Of a stretch of 57,375 bases of DNA, positions 48,163 through 57,368 are shown piece by piece. The stretch covers positions 1 to 57,375 of the forward strand of contig JAFAEH010000150.1 of NCBI GenBank assembly GCA_023424135.1. The letters are read 5' to 3'. The notes beneath the pieces were generated by a model. The model saw nothing but the letters and a program-made list of their open reading frames with translations. It did no database searches and was not told the DNA's origin. How positions within the stretch are numbered: position 1 is the first letter of the stretch; the number at the start of each line of letters is the position of its first letter. This stretch comes from Actinomycetes bacterium (GTDB lineage Bacteria > Actinomycetota > Actinomycetes > Actinomycetales > Cellulomonadaceae). The translations under genes were made by a program, and so were the position numbers.

Positions 48163-48241
48163 CTCATCTTGCTCATCGGCGCCAATGCGGTGCGACCTGA
48201 GCGCATGCCGCACATAGGGGTAGAGGGGAGAGGAGGAGTCG

Positions 48242-49075
48242 ATGGCTGAGCGCACTCTGGAAGACGCCCTCGCGGACGCGAGACGTGTCGTCGTGCTCGG
48301 GGATGTCCATGGCGAGACCACGTGGCTGCGCACCGTCATCGCCCGAGCCAGCGACCTCGAGGGGCTGGACGTCATCCTGCAGGTCGGCGATTTCGGCATC
48401 GGCCCGTGGCCCGGCGACACACGCGACAAGGTCTCGTGGACGGTCGGCCGAGAGCTCGCGAAGCACAGCATGTGGATGCTGGTCACGCCCGGGAATCACG
48501 AGAACCACCACACCCTCGCGCGCGCCCGACGCGACGCTGCGGGTCGCATCGTGCTCGGTCGCGAGGGGAGGCTGCTCGCCTACGAGCGCGGTCATCGGGA
48601 GACGATCGGCGGGCGCGCCTTCGGGTCGCTCGGTGGTGCGATCTCGGTCGACAGGTATGCCGAAGCAGCCCGCGCCGGCAGTCGGATGGCGGGCCGAAGC
48701 TGGTGGCCCGAGGAGGAGGTCACCCAGGCCGACGTCGACGCGCTCGGTGACGACGACCTCGATGTCCTCGTCACGCATGACGTCCCGGCGAGGGTGCCGA
48801 TGGTGGGCTGGATGCGGATCGATCCGCATACCCTCCTGCGCGCGCACGGGGTACGAGAGCTGCTCGATCAGGCCATCGACCGCACCCAGCCGTCGGTCGT
48901 GCTGTCGGGGCACTGGCACCAGCGCGTCACGCACGATCTGGTGCGTGCGGACGGCGGGACGACCCGGTGCGAGGTGATCAGCGACGAATTCACGATCGGA
49001 TCGGCCATCGTGCTCGACCTCACCGACCTCTCGGTCGCGCCCCTGCAGGAGGTCTGGAGCCGCGAGGTCCAGTAG
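48242..49075 (+). CDS. Calcineurin-like metallophosphoesterase
   Basis: GDVHG, GDFG, GNHEN, THD and GHWH motifs. Confidence 0.9.
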   Translation: MAERTLEDALADARRVVVLGDVHGETTWLRTVIARASDLEGLDVILQVGDFGIGPWPGDTRDKVSWTVGRELAKHSMWMLVTPGNHENHHTLARARRDAAGRIVLGREGRLLAYERGHRETIGGRAFGSLGGAISVDRYAEAARAGSRMAGRSWWPEEEVTQADVDALGDDDLDVLVTHDVPARVPMVGWMRIDPHTLLRAHGVRELLDQAIDRTQPSVVLSGHWHQRVTHDLVRADGGTTRCEVISDEFTIGSAIVLDLTDLSVAPLQEVWSREVQ

Positions 49076-49078
49076 GCC

Positions 49079-49585
49079 TCAGCCCTCGTCGTCGCAGATG
49101 CGCAGGCTGAGCCCCAGCGTGTCGAGCACCTGCAGTAGCCGCGCGAGGTCCGGTGCCGTCTCCTCGCCCTCGAGCGCGGCCAGCCAGGACGGCGGGACGG
49201 ACGCGAGGTCCGCGAGCTCGTGTGTCGTGAGCCCGCCCTCCCGGCGGGTGAGCCGGATCATGCGCGTCAGAGTCTCCGGTCCCAGCACGCGCACCGGCTC
49301 CTGCCGGGGCGGCTCGGTCTGCTCGTCGTCGAGCCAGGCCAGCACCAGAGCAGACACCCCGCGCACGTCCACCGGCCGGTGCCGCTCGACGACCTCGTCG
49401 CGCTCGAGCAGCTCCACATCGAAGCGCCGCGCCCGCCGGGCCAGCCAGACCGAGCGGTGCCCGCCCTCGACGACGGCCGCGGTGTCCGCGGGCAGCCGGC
49501 CGATCTGCCCGCGCAGGTGCCGGGGCGAGCGCACCGCGCGGGTTGCGTCGCCACCGTGCCAGAGGAGGGGAGGAGTGTCGCTCAT
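49079..49585 (-). CDS. Protein with C-terminal XRE HTH
   Basis: RREGGLTTHELADLASVPPSWLAALEGE; GGAGG RBS. Confidence 0.7.
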   Translation of the reverse strand: MSDTPPLLWHGGDATRAVRSPRHLRGQIGRLPADTAAVVEGGHRSVWLARRARRFDVELLERDEVVERHRPVDVRGVSALVLAWLDDEQTEPPRQEPVRVLGPETLTRMIRLTRREGGLTTHELADLASVPPSWLAALEGEETAPDLARLLQVLDTLGLSLRICDDEG

Positions 49586-49739
49586 GCCTCCCATATGTGC
49601 GGCACGATGACGCTCCAGAAACGCTCCAACTACGCTCCACACTCCCTGCATCGAAACGTCGGTCTGCGAGCACCCAGCAGAGCGTCCGTGCAGGTCACAG
49701 CCTCTTCGTGCATGGCCTCGCAATCGGTTGCAACGGCCC

Positions 49740-49763
49740 GTTCAAAACCCACCGCTACCGCCG
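49740..49763 (+). repeat. att core, right copy GTTCAAAACCCACCGCTACCGCCG (displaced tRNA 3' end)
   Basis: 23 of 24 nt identical to 4727-4750. Confidence 0.93.
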
Positions 49764-50218
49764 CGCACAGGACCCCGGGTCTCTGACCAGCGACAACGTT
49801 GGTGTGAGACCCGGGGTCCTGTCGTCCCTACGCGCTGGTCGCCGTCTCCCCGGATCGTGAGCAGCGCCTCTGCCGACATGGACGGTCGCAGCTCGGCGAC
49901 GGTGTTCGCCCAGTCGGCGAGCACGACCGAGGAGTCGACGCCGAAGCGGGGGAGCCCGGTCACGACGGAGACGACCCGGGCGAGTGCCTCGAGGGCCGTC
50001 CAGTCGATGTCGAGCGTCTCCCCGACCACGTCGATCTCGACGAGCGCAAGGAGTGCGTCGCCGTCACGCACCGCGACCTGACCGGCGGAGAGCGCGGCGA
50101 GTCGCCCCGTGGCTGCTGCGAACGACGAGCCCGGCCATGCCCGGGCCAGCGCCTCGGACGTCGCGGCGGGATCGAATCGGAACTCGCCCTCGATCACCGC
50201 GACCACGGAGCTCGGCAT
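49742..50218 (-). CDS. Host hypothetical protein (3' end runs through the terminator into the att core)
   Basis: Plausible globular N-terminal ~120 aa; true end uncertain. Confidence 0.45.
   Translation of the reverse strand: MPSSVVAVIEGEFRFDPAATSEALARAWPGSSFAAATGRLAALSAGQVAVRDGDALLALVEIDVVGETLDIDWTALEALARVVSVVTGLPRFGVDSSVVLADWANTVAELRPSMSAEALLTIRGDGDQRVGTTGPRVSHQRCRWSETRGPVRGGSGGF
49767..49822. terminator. Original host tRNA terminator hairpin
   Basis: Perfect arms ACAGGACCCCGGGTCTC / GAGACCCGGGGTCCTGT. Confidence 0.65.
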
Positions 50219-50275
50219 CCGACCACCCTGGCACGAGACGGTACGTACGTCACTGATCGCCCCGCTGCGCTACCT

Positions 50276-50406
50276 GGCGTGAGAGAGCGATTCGATTGCT
50301 CTCTCACGCCCGGGGGTGGGTGTGGTGCGTGTGCGTGTGGTGTGCCTGCGCGTTCCCGGCACGTCCCGCCAGGGCGTGAGAGAGCGATTCGATTGCTCTC
50401 TCACGC
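50276..50406. repeat. Two copies of a REP-like palindrome GGCGTGAGAGAGCGATTCGATTGCTCTCTCACGC
   Basis: 34-bp identical hairpins at 50276-50309 and 50373-50406. Confidence 0.8.
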
Positions 50407-50524
50407 ACTGGGGAGGGGTAGCCGCGGACGGTGACGCGGGGGCGCCTGGGGCTCCTGACGCTGCCGCCGCACGGTGCGGGGATGCCGCGCCGGCGTCGAC
50501 GCGCGCCGGCGTCGACGGGCGGGC

Positions 50525-51526
50525 TCAGCGGGCGCGGGTCGAGGCGCGGGGGACGAGGGAGACGGGGGTCTCGACGTGCTCGCCGCTCGCGGGGACGCCG
50601 GCCATGCGGCGTTCGAGCAGGCGCATGGCGGAGGCGGCGAGGTCGTCGTGGTGCACGTCGACGGACGTCAGTCGCGGGTGCAGGTGGTCGACGAACGGGA
50701 GGTTGTCGAAGCCGGCGACCTGGATGTCGTCCGGGATGCGTAGCCCGCGCTCGAGGATCGCGGACATCGCGCCGAGGGCGACCATGTCGGTCACGGCGAA
50801 CACGCCGTCGAAGGGGATGCCGGCGTCGAGCAGCGCGGCGGTGGCGGCGCGGGCCTGGCGCGCCTCGTAGTTGGGCACGGGCACGACCAGGCCCGGGTCG
50901 TACGGCACGCCCGCATCGGTGTGGGCGCGCTGCCAGCCGAGGCGGCGGGACTGCGCGATGCCGTGCGCCGCGGTCGTCGACCCGCCGAGCACCGCGATCC
51001 GTCGGGAGCCTCCGGCGAGCAGGTGCGCGGTCGCGAGGCGTCCGCCCTCCTCGTTCGCGAGGCTCACGTGGTCGAGCGTCGTCGGCATGGGGCGTTCGCC
51101 GAGCACGACGAGCGGCACGCGTGCGCTGGCCTGCTCGATGTCGTCGTGGTCCAGGCCGACGGCGGAGATGAGCACGCCGTCGAACATGGTCAGCCGGCGC
51201 AGGGTCAGGGCCTCGCGCTCGGACTCCGCGAGGGCCGACGTGCGCTCGACGACGAGGTGGCGGCCCGTGCGTTCGACGAGCACCGCGAGCCGGTCGGCGA
51301 CCTCGCTGAAGTAGTCGTGGAACGACGGGACGATGAGGGCGATCGTGTCGGAGCGGCCCACGCGCAGGTGGCGCGCGACGAGGTTGACCTCGTACCCGAG
51401 CTCGGTGGCGACGGCGAGGATCCGTGAGCGCGTCGTCTCCGAGACGCGGCCGCGGTTGGTGAGCGCGTTGGAGACCGTCGTCACGGTGACGCCGGTCCGC
51501 TGCGCGATGTCGCTCATGGTGACCAT
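50525..51526 (-). CDS. LacI-family transcriptional regulator
   Basis: VTMSDIAQRTGVTVTTVSNAL HTH; IPDDIQVAGFDN; LTSV. Confidence 0.93.
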   Translation of the reverse strand: MVTMSDIAQRTGVTVTTVSNALTNRGRVSETTRSRILAVATELGYEVNLVARHLRVGRSDTIALIVPSFHDYFSEVADRLAVLVERTGRHLVVERTSALAESEREALTLRRLTMFDGVLISAVGLDHDDIEQASARVPLVVLGERPMPTTLDHVSLANEEGGRLATAHLLAGGSRRIAVLGGSTTAAHGIAQSRRLGWQRAHTDAGVPYDPGLVVPVPNYEARQARAATAALLDAGIPFDGVFAVTDMVALGAMSAILERGLRIPDDIQVAGFDNLPFVDHLHPRLTSVDVHHDDLAASAMRLLERRMAGVPASGEHVETPVSLVPRASTRAR

Positions 51527-51691
51527 CGCAACCCTCCGTGGGGATCGCGGCAGCCTCGTCGCTGTCCGCACGTCCCGCTCGCAAGTATCGCAGACGGAGC
51601 CGTCGGGATCTGCGAGACGACCCCGCGGGCCTGCGACCTGCGTGTCCGTTCACCGGTGCTTAATCGTTACCTCATAGGTGTGATGCAGGCC

Positions 51692-51720
51692 TTGACGTGG
51701 GTGATCGGTCCGCATACCGT
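51692..51720 (+). promoter_or_regulatory. Sigma70-type promoter of the sugar ABC operon
   Basis: TTGACG-N17-TACCGT. Confidence 0.55.
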
Positions 51721-51869
51721 CCGGAAACTATCGGTTCCTGATCGATACCTGGTGGTCACGGTCGGGACGTGTGAGGACCCAGCCCGCTGCCCGCGGCCCG
51801 CCGCGGGGACACGGGTGGTCCGACGCCCGGTCGACGTCGCCCGGGTGGGGACTCGATGAGGAGACGTAC

Positions 51870-53543
51870 ATGCTCAAGGGTGAGACGTACAGAGGACGTA
51901 CACGGTCGTGGCGCCGCCGCGGCGGCGCGATCGGCGCGGCGGCGCTCGCGACAGCACTGGGGCTCACCGCCTGCAGCAGCGGCGGCGGTACGACCGGCGG
52001 CGCTGCGGCCGGTGACCTCGAGTGCACCACCGAGGCCGTCGCCGACCAGCCGTGGAAGGCGGCCGAGCCGCGCGAGTTCTCGATGCTCTGGACCGACTGG
52101 CCCGACTACCCGATCACCGACACGTGGGAGTTCTTCGACGAGATCGAGGAGCGCACGAACGTCCGGCTGACGCTGACGAACATCCCGTTCAGCGACGCCG
52201 TCGAGAAGCGCAGCCTGCTCATCAGCGCGGGCGACGCACCCCAGATCATCCCGCTGGTCTACACCGGCGACGAGCGGCAGTTCGCCGCGTCCGGCGCGGT
52301 GGTCCCGCTCAGCGACTACGTCGACCACATGCCCAACTTCCAGAAGTACGTGGAGGAGTGGGACCTCGGCGACATGGTCGAGAACCTCAAGCAGGCCGAC
52401 GGCAAGTACTACATGACACCCGGTCTGCAGGAGGTGTCGGTCCCCGTCTTCACGCTGATCATCCGCAAGGACATCTTCGACGAGGTCGGCGCCCCGGACC
52501 CGGAGACCTGGGACGACGTGCGCGAGGGCCTCGAGCTCATCAAGGCGAAGTACCCCGACAGCAACCCGCTCGCCGACGGGTTCGAGGGCCAGTCGATGAT
52601 CAACTACGCCGCGCACGCGTTCGGCACCGTCGGCGGCTGGGGCTTCGGCAACGGCGCCTGGTACGACGAGGACGCCGACGAGTTCGTCTACGCCGCCACC
52701 ACCGACGGCTACAAGGAGATGGTCGAGTACTTCCACGGCCTGGCCGAGGACGGTCTGCTCGACACCGAGTCGTTCACCGCGTCCAACGACGGCGGCGGCA
52801 CCGTGACGGAGAAGTTCGCCGCCGAGCAGGTGTTCGCCGCCTCGGGTGCGTCGGGCACCGTGCAGGAGTTTGCGCAGGCGCTCGACGCCGCGGGCGTCAC
52901 CGACTACGAGCTCGTGCAGATCGCGCCCCCGGGCGGGCCGGCCGGGCAGGTCGTCGAGCCGCGCAACTTCTGGAACGGCTTCATGCTGACGCAGGACGCG
53001 GTCAACGACCCGAACTTCTGCGACCTGCTGCAGTTCACCGACTGGCTGTACTACGACCCCGAGGCGCGCGAGCTCATCCAGTGGGGCGTCGAGGGGGAGA
53101 CGTACACCCGGGACGGCGACACGTTCACGCTGGAGCCGGACTTCACGCTCAAGGCGCTCAACCTCAACCCGAGCGGCACGATCGACATCAAGAAGGACCT
53201 CGGGTACGCCAACGACGTGCTCGCCGGGTCGACCGAGTCGCGCGTGCTCAAGGAGTCGTACAACGTCCCCGCGTTCGTCGACTACATCGACGCCGTGCAG
53301 TCCACGCGCACGCCGCGTGACCCGTTCCCGCCGGCGCCGCTGGACGAGACCGAGCTCGAGCAGGCGTCGCTGCTCGGCACACCGCTCAAGGACACCGTCG
53401 ACACCGCGACGCTCGAGTTCATCCTGGGTCAGCGTGACCTGTCGCAGTGGGACGCGTACGTGACCCAGCTCGAGGGCCAGGGCCTGCAGGGCTACCTCGA
53501 CCTCATCAACGGGGCGCGCGAGCGCGCGGCCGGGCTGGACTGA
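51870..53543 (+). CDS. Carbohydrate ABC transporter substrate-binding lipoprotein
   Basis: Lipobox LTAC; family-1 SBP features; GAGGAG RBS. Confidence 0.9.
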   Translation: MLKGETYRGRTRSWRRRGGAIGAAALATALGLTACSSGGGTTGGAAAGDLECTTEAVADQPWKAAEPREFSMLWTDWPDYPITDTWEFFDEIEERTNVRLTLTNIPFSDAVEKRSLLISAGDAPQIIPLVYTGDERQFAASGAVVPLSDYVDHMPNFQKYVEEWDLGDMVENLKQADGKYYMTPGLQEVSVPVFTLIIRKDIFDEVGAPDPETWDDVREGLELIKAKYPDSNPLADGFEGQSMINYAAHAFGTVGGWGFGNGAWYDEDADEFVYAATTDGYKEMVEYFHGLAEDGLLDTESFTASNDGGGTVTEKFAAEQVFAASGASGTVQEFAQALDAAGVTDYELVQIAPPGGPAGQVVEPRNFWNGFMLTQDAVNDPNFCDLLQFTDWLYYDPEARELIQWGVEGETYTRDGDTFTLEPDFTLKALNLNPSGTIDIKKDLGYANDVLAGSTESRVLKESYNVPAFVDYIDAVQSTRTPRDPFPPAPLDETELEQASLLGTPLKDTVDTATLEFILGQRDLSQWDAYVTQLEGQGLQGYLDLINGARERAAGLD

Positions 53544-53559
53544 CCCAGCCCGTCCACGT

Positions 53560-53599
53560 CCCGGTGGGCCGACCCCGCGCACGGGGTCGGCCCACCGGG
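53560..53599 (+). terminator. Intercistronic hairpin (mRNA stabiliser or partial terminator)
   Basis: 18-bp perfect stem CCCGGTGGGCCGACCCCG, 4-nt loop. Confidence 0.6.
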
Positions 53600-53626
53600 C
53601 ACCGACCGCTCACGAAGGAGTGAGAG

Positions 53627-54661
53627 ATGAGCGCAGTCCGAGCGACGGGCGACGCACCGCGCGGCACCGACGTCCTGCCCGCCCCCGACCCGGTCCCCGG
53701 CCCGGGGCGACCCGGGGACCCGACGTCCCCGGACCCGCGGCGGGGCAAGGCGTCCGGACGCGTGCCGTGGCGCCTCGCGCTGCGCCGCGACTGGGTCCTG
53801 TACGCGATGGCCCTGGTCCCGGTGCTGTTCCTGCTGCTGTTCCGCTACATGCCGATGATCGGCAACGTCATCGCGTTCCGGCGGTTCCGCCCCGGGGGGA
53901 GCATCTTCGGTGACGAGTGGGTCGGGATGCGCTACATCGAGATGTTCATCTCGGACCCGAACTTCTGGCACGTCTTCGCCAACACGGCGATCCTCGGCGG
54001 GCTGACCCTGCTGTTCTGCTTCCCCCTGCCGATCGTCCTGGCGCTCGCGCTCAACGAGGTGCGCGTGCGGGCCTTCAAGCGGGTCGTGCAGTCGATCTCG
54101 TACCTGCCGCACTTCCTGTCCGTCGTCATCGTCGTCGGCATGGTCATGCAGCTGCTGTCGCTGCAGGGCACCGTCAACCAGATCATCGGTGCCCTCGGTG
54201 GCGAGGCGATCCCGTTCCTGCAGCGCGCCGAGTGGTTCCGCACGATCTACGTGGGCTCGGAGATCTGGCAGACCGTCGGGTGGGGCACGATCCTCTACCT
54301 CGCGGCCCTGACGACGGTCGACGCGTCGCTGTACGAGGCGGCGCGGATCGACGGCGCCAACCGGTGGCGCCAGACGTGGCACGTCACGCTGCCGGGCATC
54401 CGGCCGACGATGGTCACGCTGCTCATCCTCAACATCGGCACGTTCCTCAACGTCGGGTTCGAGAAGGTCCTGCTGCTGTACAACCCGTTGACGTACTCGA
54501 CGGCCGACGTCATCTCGACCTACCTGTACCGGGTGGGTCTGGTCTCCAACAACTTCAGCTACGCGACGGCGATCGGCCTGTTCCAGGCGGTCATCGGCCT
54601 CGTGATGGTCCTCACCGCGAACTTCGTGTCGCGCCGAGTGGTGGGAGCAAGCCTGTGGTGA
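53627..54661 (+). CDS. Carbohydrate ABC transporter permease
   Basis: LYEAARIDGA EAA motif; multiple TMs. Confidence 0.93.
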   Translation: MSAVRATGDAPRGTDVLPAPDPVPGPGRPGDPTSPDPRRGKASGRVPWRLALRRDWVLYAMALVPVLFLLLFRYMPMIGNVIAFRRFRPGGSIFGDEWVGMRYIEMFISDPNFWHVFANTAILGGLTLLFCFPLPIVLALALNEVRVRAFKRVVQSISYLPHFLSVVIVVGMVMQLLSLQGTVNQIIGALGGEAIPFLQRAEWFRTIYVGSEIWQTVGWGTILYLAALTTVDASLYEAARIDGANRWRQTWHVTLPGIRPTMVTLLILNIGTFLNVGFEKVLLLYNPLTYSTADVISTYLYRVGLVSNNFSYATAIGLFQAVIGLVMVLTANFVSRRVVGASLW

Positions 54662-55590
54662 CCCAGTCCGCCCTCACGTCCACGGTCGGGCCCCGCGCCG
54701 GCCGGTCCGTCGGGCCCCGCGACACACGCGGCTACACCGTCTTCACGTGGCTGAACGGTGCGTTCCTCGTCGTGCTGTGCGGGTTCATGCTCTACCCGTT
54801 CATCACCGTGCTCGCGCAGTCGTTCTCCAGCTCGGGCGCCGTCAAGGCGGGCCTGGTGAACGTGTGGCCCGTCGGCTTCAACATCGACACCTACCGGGCC
54901 GTCGCGCAGAACGGCCTGTTCTGGAGCTCCTACCGCAACACGGTGGTCTACACCCTCGTCGGGACGACCATCGCGATGGTCCTCACGACGCTGCTCGCGT
55001 ACGTGCTCTCGAAGCACCACCTGCGCGGGCGCACGTTCCTCATCTGGATCGCCATGTTCACGATGTTCTTCAACGGCGGTCTGATCCCGAACTACGTGCT
55101 CATCCAGACCCTCGGGCTGAAGAACACGATGTGGGCGGTGATCCTGCCCGGGGCGATCTCGATCTTCAACCTGCTCGTCATGAAGTCGTTCTTCGAGAAC
55201 CTCCCGCGCGAGATGGAGGAGGCCGCGCAGATCGACGGTCTCGGCTGGTTCGGGATCTTCACGCGCATCGTGATCCCGCTGTCGAAGGCCGTCATCGCGA
55301 CGATGATCCTGTTCTACTCGGTCGCGATCTGGAACGACTGGTTCGCCGCGTTCCTGTACCTCGACAAGCAGGAGCTCTTCCCCGTGACGCTGTTCCTGCG
55401 CAACCTCATCGCGGGTGCGTCGTCGGCCGCGTCCGAGGGGGCCGCAGCAGCCGGGTCCACGACGGCGGCGATCTCCGCGAACATCCAGTCCGTCACGATG
55501 ATCCTCACGATCATCCCCATCCTGTGCGTCTACCCGTTCGTGCAGCGCTACTTCGTCTCGGGCGTCATGCTCGGCTCGGTCAAGGGGTGA
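54658..55590 (+). CDS. Carbohydrate ABC transporter permease
   Basis: EEAAQIDG motif; YPFVQRYFVSGVMLGSVKG terminus; GTGA overlap. Confidence 0.93.
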   Translation: MTQSALTSTVGPRAGRSVGPRDTRGYTVFTWLNGAFLVVLCGFMLYPFITVLAQSFSSSGAVKAGLVNVWPVGFNIDTYRAVAQNGLFWSSYRNTVVYTLVGTTIAMVLTTLLAYVLSKHHLRGRTFLIWIAMFTMFFNGGLIPNYVLIQTLGLKNTMWAVILPGAISIFNLLVMKSFFENLPREMEEAAQIDGLGWFGIFTRIVIPLSKAVIATMILFYSVAIWNDWFAAFLYLDKQELFPVTLFLRNLIAGASSAASEGAAAAGSTTAAISANIQSVTMILTIIPILCVYPFVQRYFVSGVMLGSVKG

Positions 55591-55703
55591 GGCGCCAGGT
55601 CGCGAGGTTTCCGTAACGCCCGGGGGGTCGAGCGCGTCTCCTTCACGGGCCCGCCTCCCAACGTCCGGGGCGCGGGTCGTCACGCACAGACCCCGGAGGC
55701 GAC

Positions 55704-57368
55704 GTGAAGCTCCCTGACCTGCTGGGCCGCAGGCCCACCCGACCGATCCTCGCCGGCCTGCTGGCGCTCGCGTGCGCCGTGCCGCTCGCGCTGGCCGCAC
55801 CCGCCGTGGCCAGCACGTCCTCCGACGTCGTCGTCGACCTGGCCGACGAGCGGCAGACGATCCGCGGGTTCGGCGGCATGAACCACCCCGAGTGGGTGGG
55901 CGATCTGACGGCGTCGCAGCGTGAGGTGGCGTTCGGGACCGGTGCGGGTCAGCTCGGATTCTCGGTGCTGCGCGTGTTCGTCAACGAGGACCCCGCGCAG
56001 TGGCACCGCGCGGTCCCGACGGCCAGGCGCGCCGTCGAGGCCGGGGCCCTGGTGTTCGCGTCCCCGTGGAACCCGCCCGCGTCGATGGTCGAGACGTTCA
56101 CGCGGGGCGAGCAGACCGACGCCAAGCGGCTGCGGCACGACAAGTACGACGAGTACGCGCAGCACCTCGACGACTTCGTCGACTTCATGGCGGACAACGG
56201 CGTCGACCTGTACGCGATCTCCGTGCAGAACGAGCCCGACTACGCGCACGACTGGACCTGGTGGACGCCGCAGGAGATCCGCACGTTCATGGTCGAGAAC
56301 GCCGGCACGATCGGCACCCGCGTCATGGCGCCCGAGTCGTTCCAGTACCTCAAGAACCTGTCCGACCCGATCCTCGACGACCCGGCGGCGCTCGCGAGCA
56401 CCGACATCCTCGGGGCGCACCTGTACGGCACGCAGTACCGGGACTTCCCGTACCCGAAGTTCGCCGACAAGGGCGGGGACACCGAGCTGTGGATGACGGA
56501 GGTCTACTACCCGAACAGCGACATGACGTCCGGCGACCGCTGGCCCGAGGCGCTCGGCGTCGCGGAGCACATGCACCACGCGATGGTCGACGCCGAGTTC
56601 CAGGCGTACGTGTGGTGGTACATCCGCCGCGGCTACGGCCCGATGCGTGAGGACGGCACGGTCAGCAAGCGCGGCGAGATGATGGCGCACTTCGCACGGT
56701 TCGTGCGGCCCGGGGCCGTGCGCGTCGACGCGACCGCGAACCCGCGCGACGGGGTGCTGGTCTCGGCGTACGAGCAGACGGACGGCAGCGTCGTCGTGGT
56801 CGCGGTCAACAGCGCCACGGCGGCCGTCGAGCAGCGGTTCGTCGTCGAGGGCGGGGCTGAGCCCGCCGGTGTGTCGTCGTGGGTGAGCGACGCGACGCGC
56901 AGCCTCGCGACGCAGCCGGACGGGGTCGTGACGGACGGGGCGTTCCGGGCGACGCTCCCGGCGCAGTCCGTGACGACGTTCGTCACCGCGCCGACCGGGC
57001 AGGCCGCAGCGCCCGCGCCGTCGTCGTCGCCGGTGGCCGCGCCGGCCCCGACCTCCGGCCCGACGTCCGTGCCGTCACCGGGAGCCACGTCCTCGGCGCG
57101 GCCCACGGCCGACGACGACACGGCCCTGCCGGTGGCGGCCTCGGCCGCACCGACCTCGGACGGCACCGGCCCGACCCCGGCACGGACCGACGTGGCGGTC
57201 GCGGGTGCGGACGACGGCGCCTCGGAGGTCCTGGCGGCCACCGGTGGCCCGGGCGGCACGCTCGCCCTGGTCACGCTCGCGCTGCTGCTGCTCGGTGGTG
57301 CCGCGGTGGCGCTGCGTCACCGGGCACGCGCCTCGGCGGCGCGTCGGCCGCGAGCACCGCGGGCCTGA
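55704..57368 (+). CDS. GH30 glucuronoxylanase (XynC-like), wall-anchored
   Basis: IRGFGGMNHP, ASPWNPP, QNEPD (acid/base) and WMTE (nucleophile); LAATG sorting signal with TM helix and basic tail. Confidence 0.88.
   Translation: MKLPDLLGRRPTRPILAGLLALACAVPLALAAPAVASTSSDVVVDLADERQTIRGFGGMNHPEWVGDLTASQREVAFGTGAGQLGFSVLRVFVNEDPAQWHRAVPTARRAVEAGALVFASPWNPPASMVETFTRGEQTDAKRLRHDKYDEYAQHLDDFVDFMADNGVDLYAISVQNEPDYAHDWTWWTPQEIRTFMVENAGTIGTRVMAPESFQYLKNLSDPILDDPAALASTDILGAHLYGTQYRDFPYPKFADKGGDTELWMTEVYYPNSDMTSGDRWPEALGVAEHMHHAMVDAEFQAYVWWYIRRGYGPMREDGTVSKRGEMMAHFARFVRPGAVRVDATANPRDGVLVSAYEQTDGSVVVVAVNSATAAVEQRFVVEGGAEPAGVSSWVSDATRSLATQPDGVVTDGAFRATLPAQSVTTFVTAPTGQAAAPAPSSSPVAAPAPTSGPTSVPSPGATSSARPTADDDTALPVAASAAPTSDGTGPTPARTDVAVAGADDGASEVLAATGGPGGTLALVTLALLLLGGAAVALRHRARASAARRPRAPRA

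Larger units (their letters stand above)
4727..49763. mobile_element. ~45-kb tRNA-Ser-integrated element (AICE-like integrative element)
   Basis: Flanking 24-bp direct repeats of the tRNA 3' end; adjacent integrase and xis; FtsK-like ATPase, primase-helicase and SpdA-like gene; accessory cargo. Confidence 0.92.

Noticed and set aside
4727..49763. Prophage
   Set aside because: No recognisable terminase, portal, capsid, tail or lysin genes despite the phage-like exonuclease and WhiB
50276..50406. CRISPR array
   Set aside because: Only two repeats, a 63-nt low-complexity spacer, a fully palindromic unit and no cas genes
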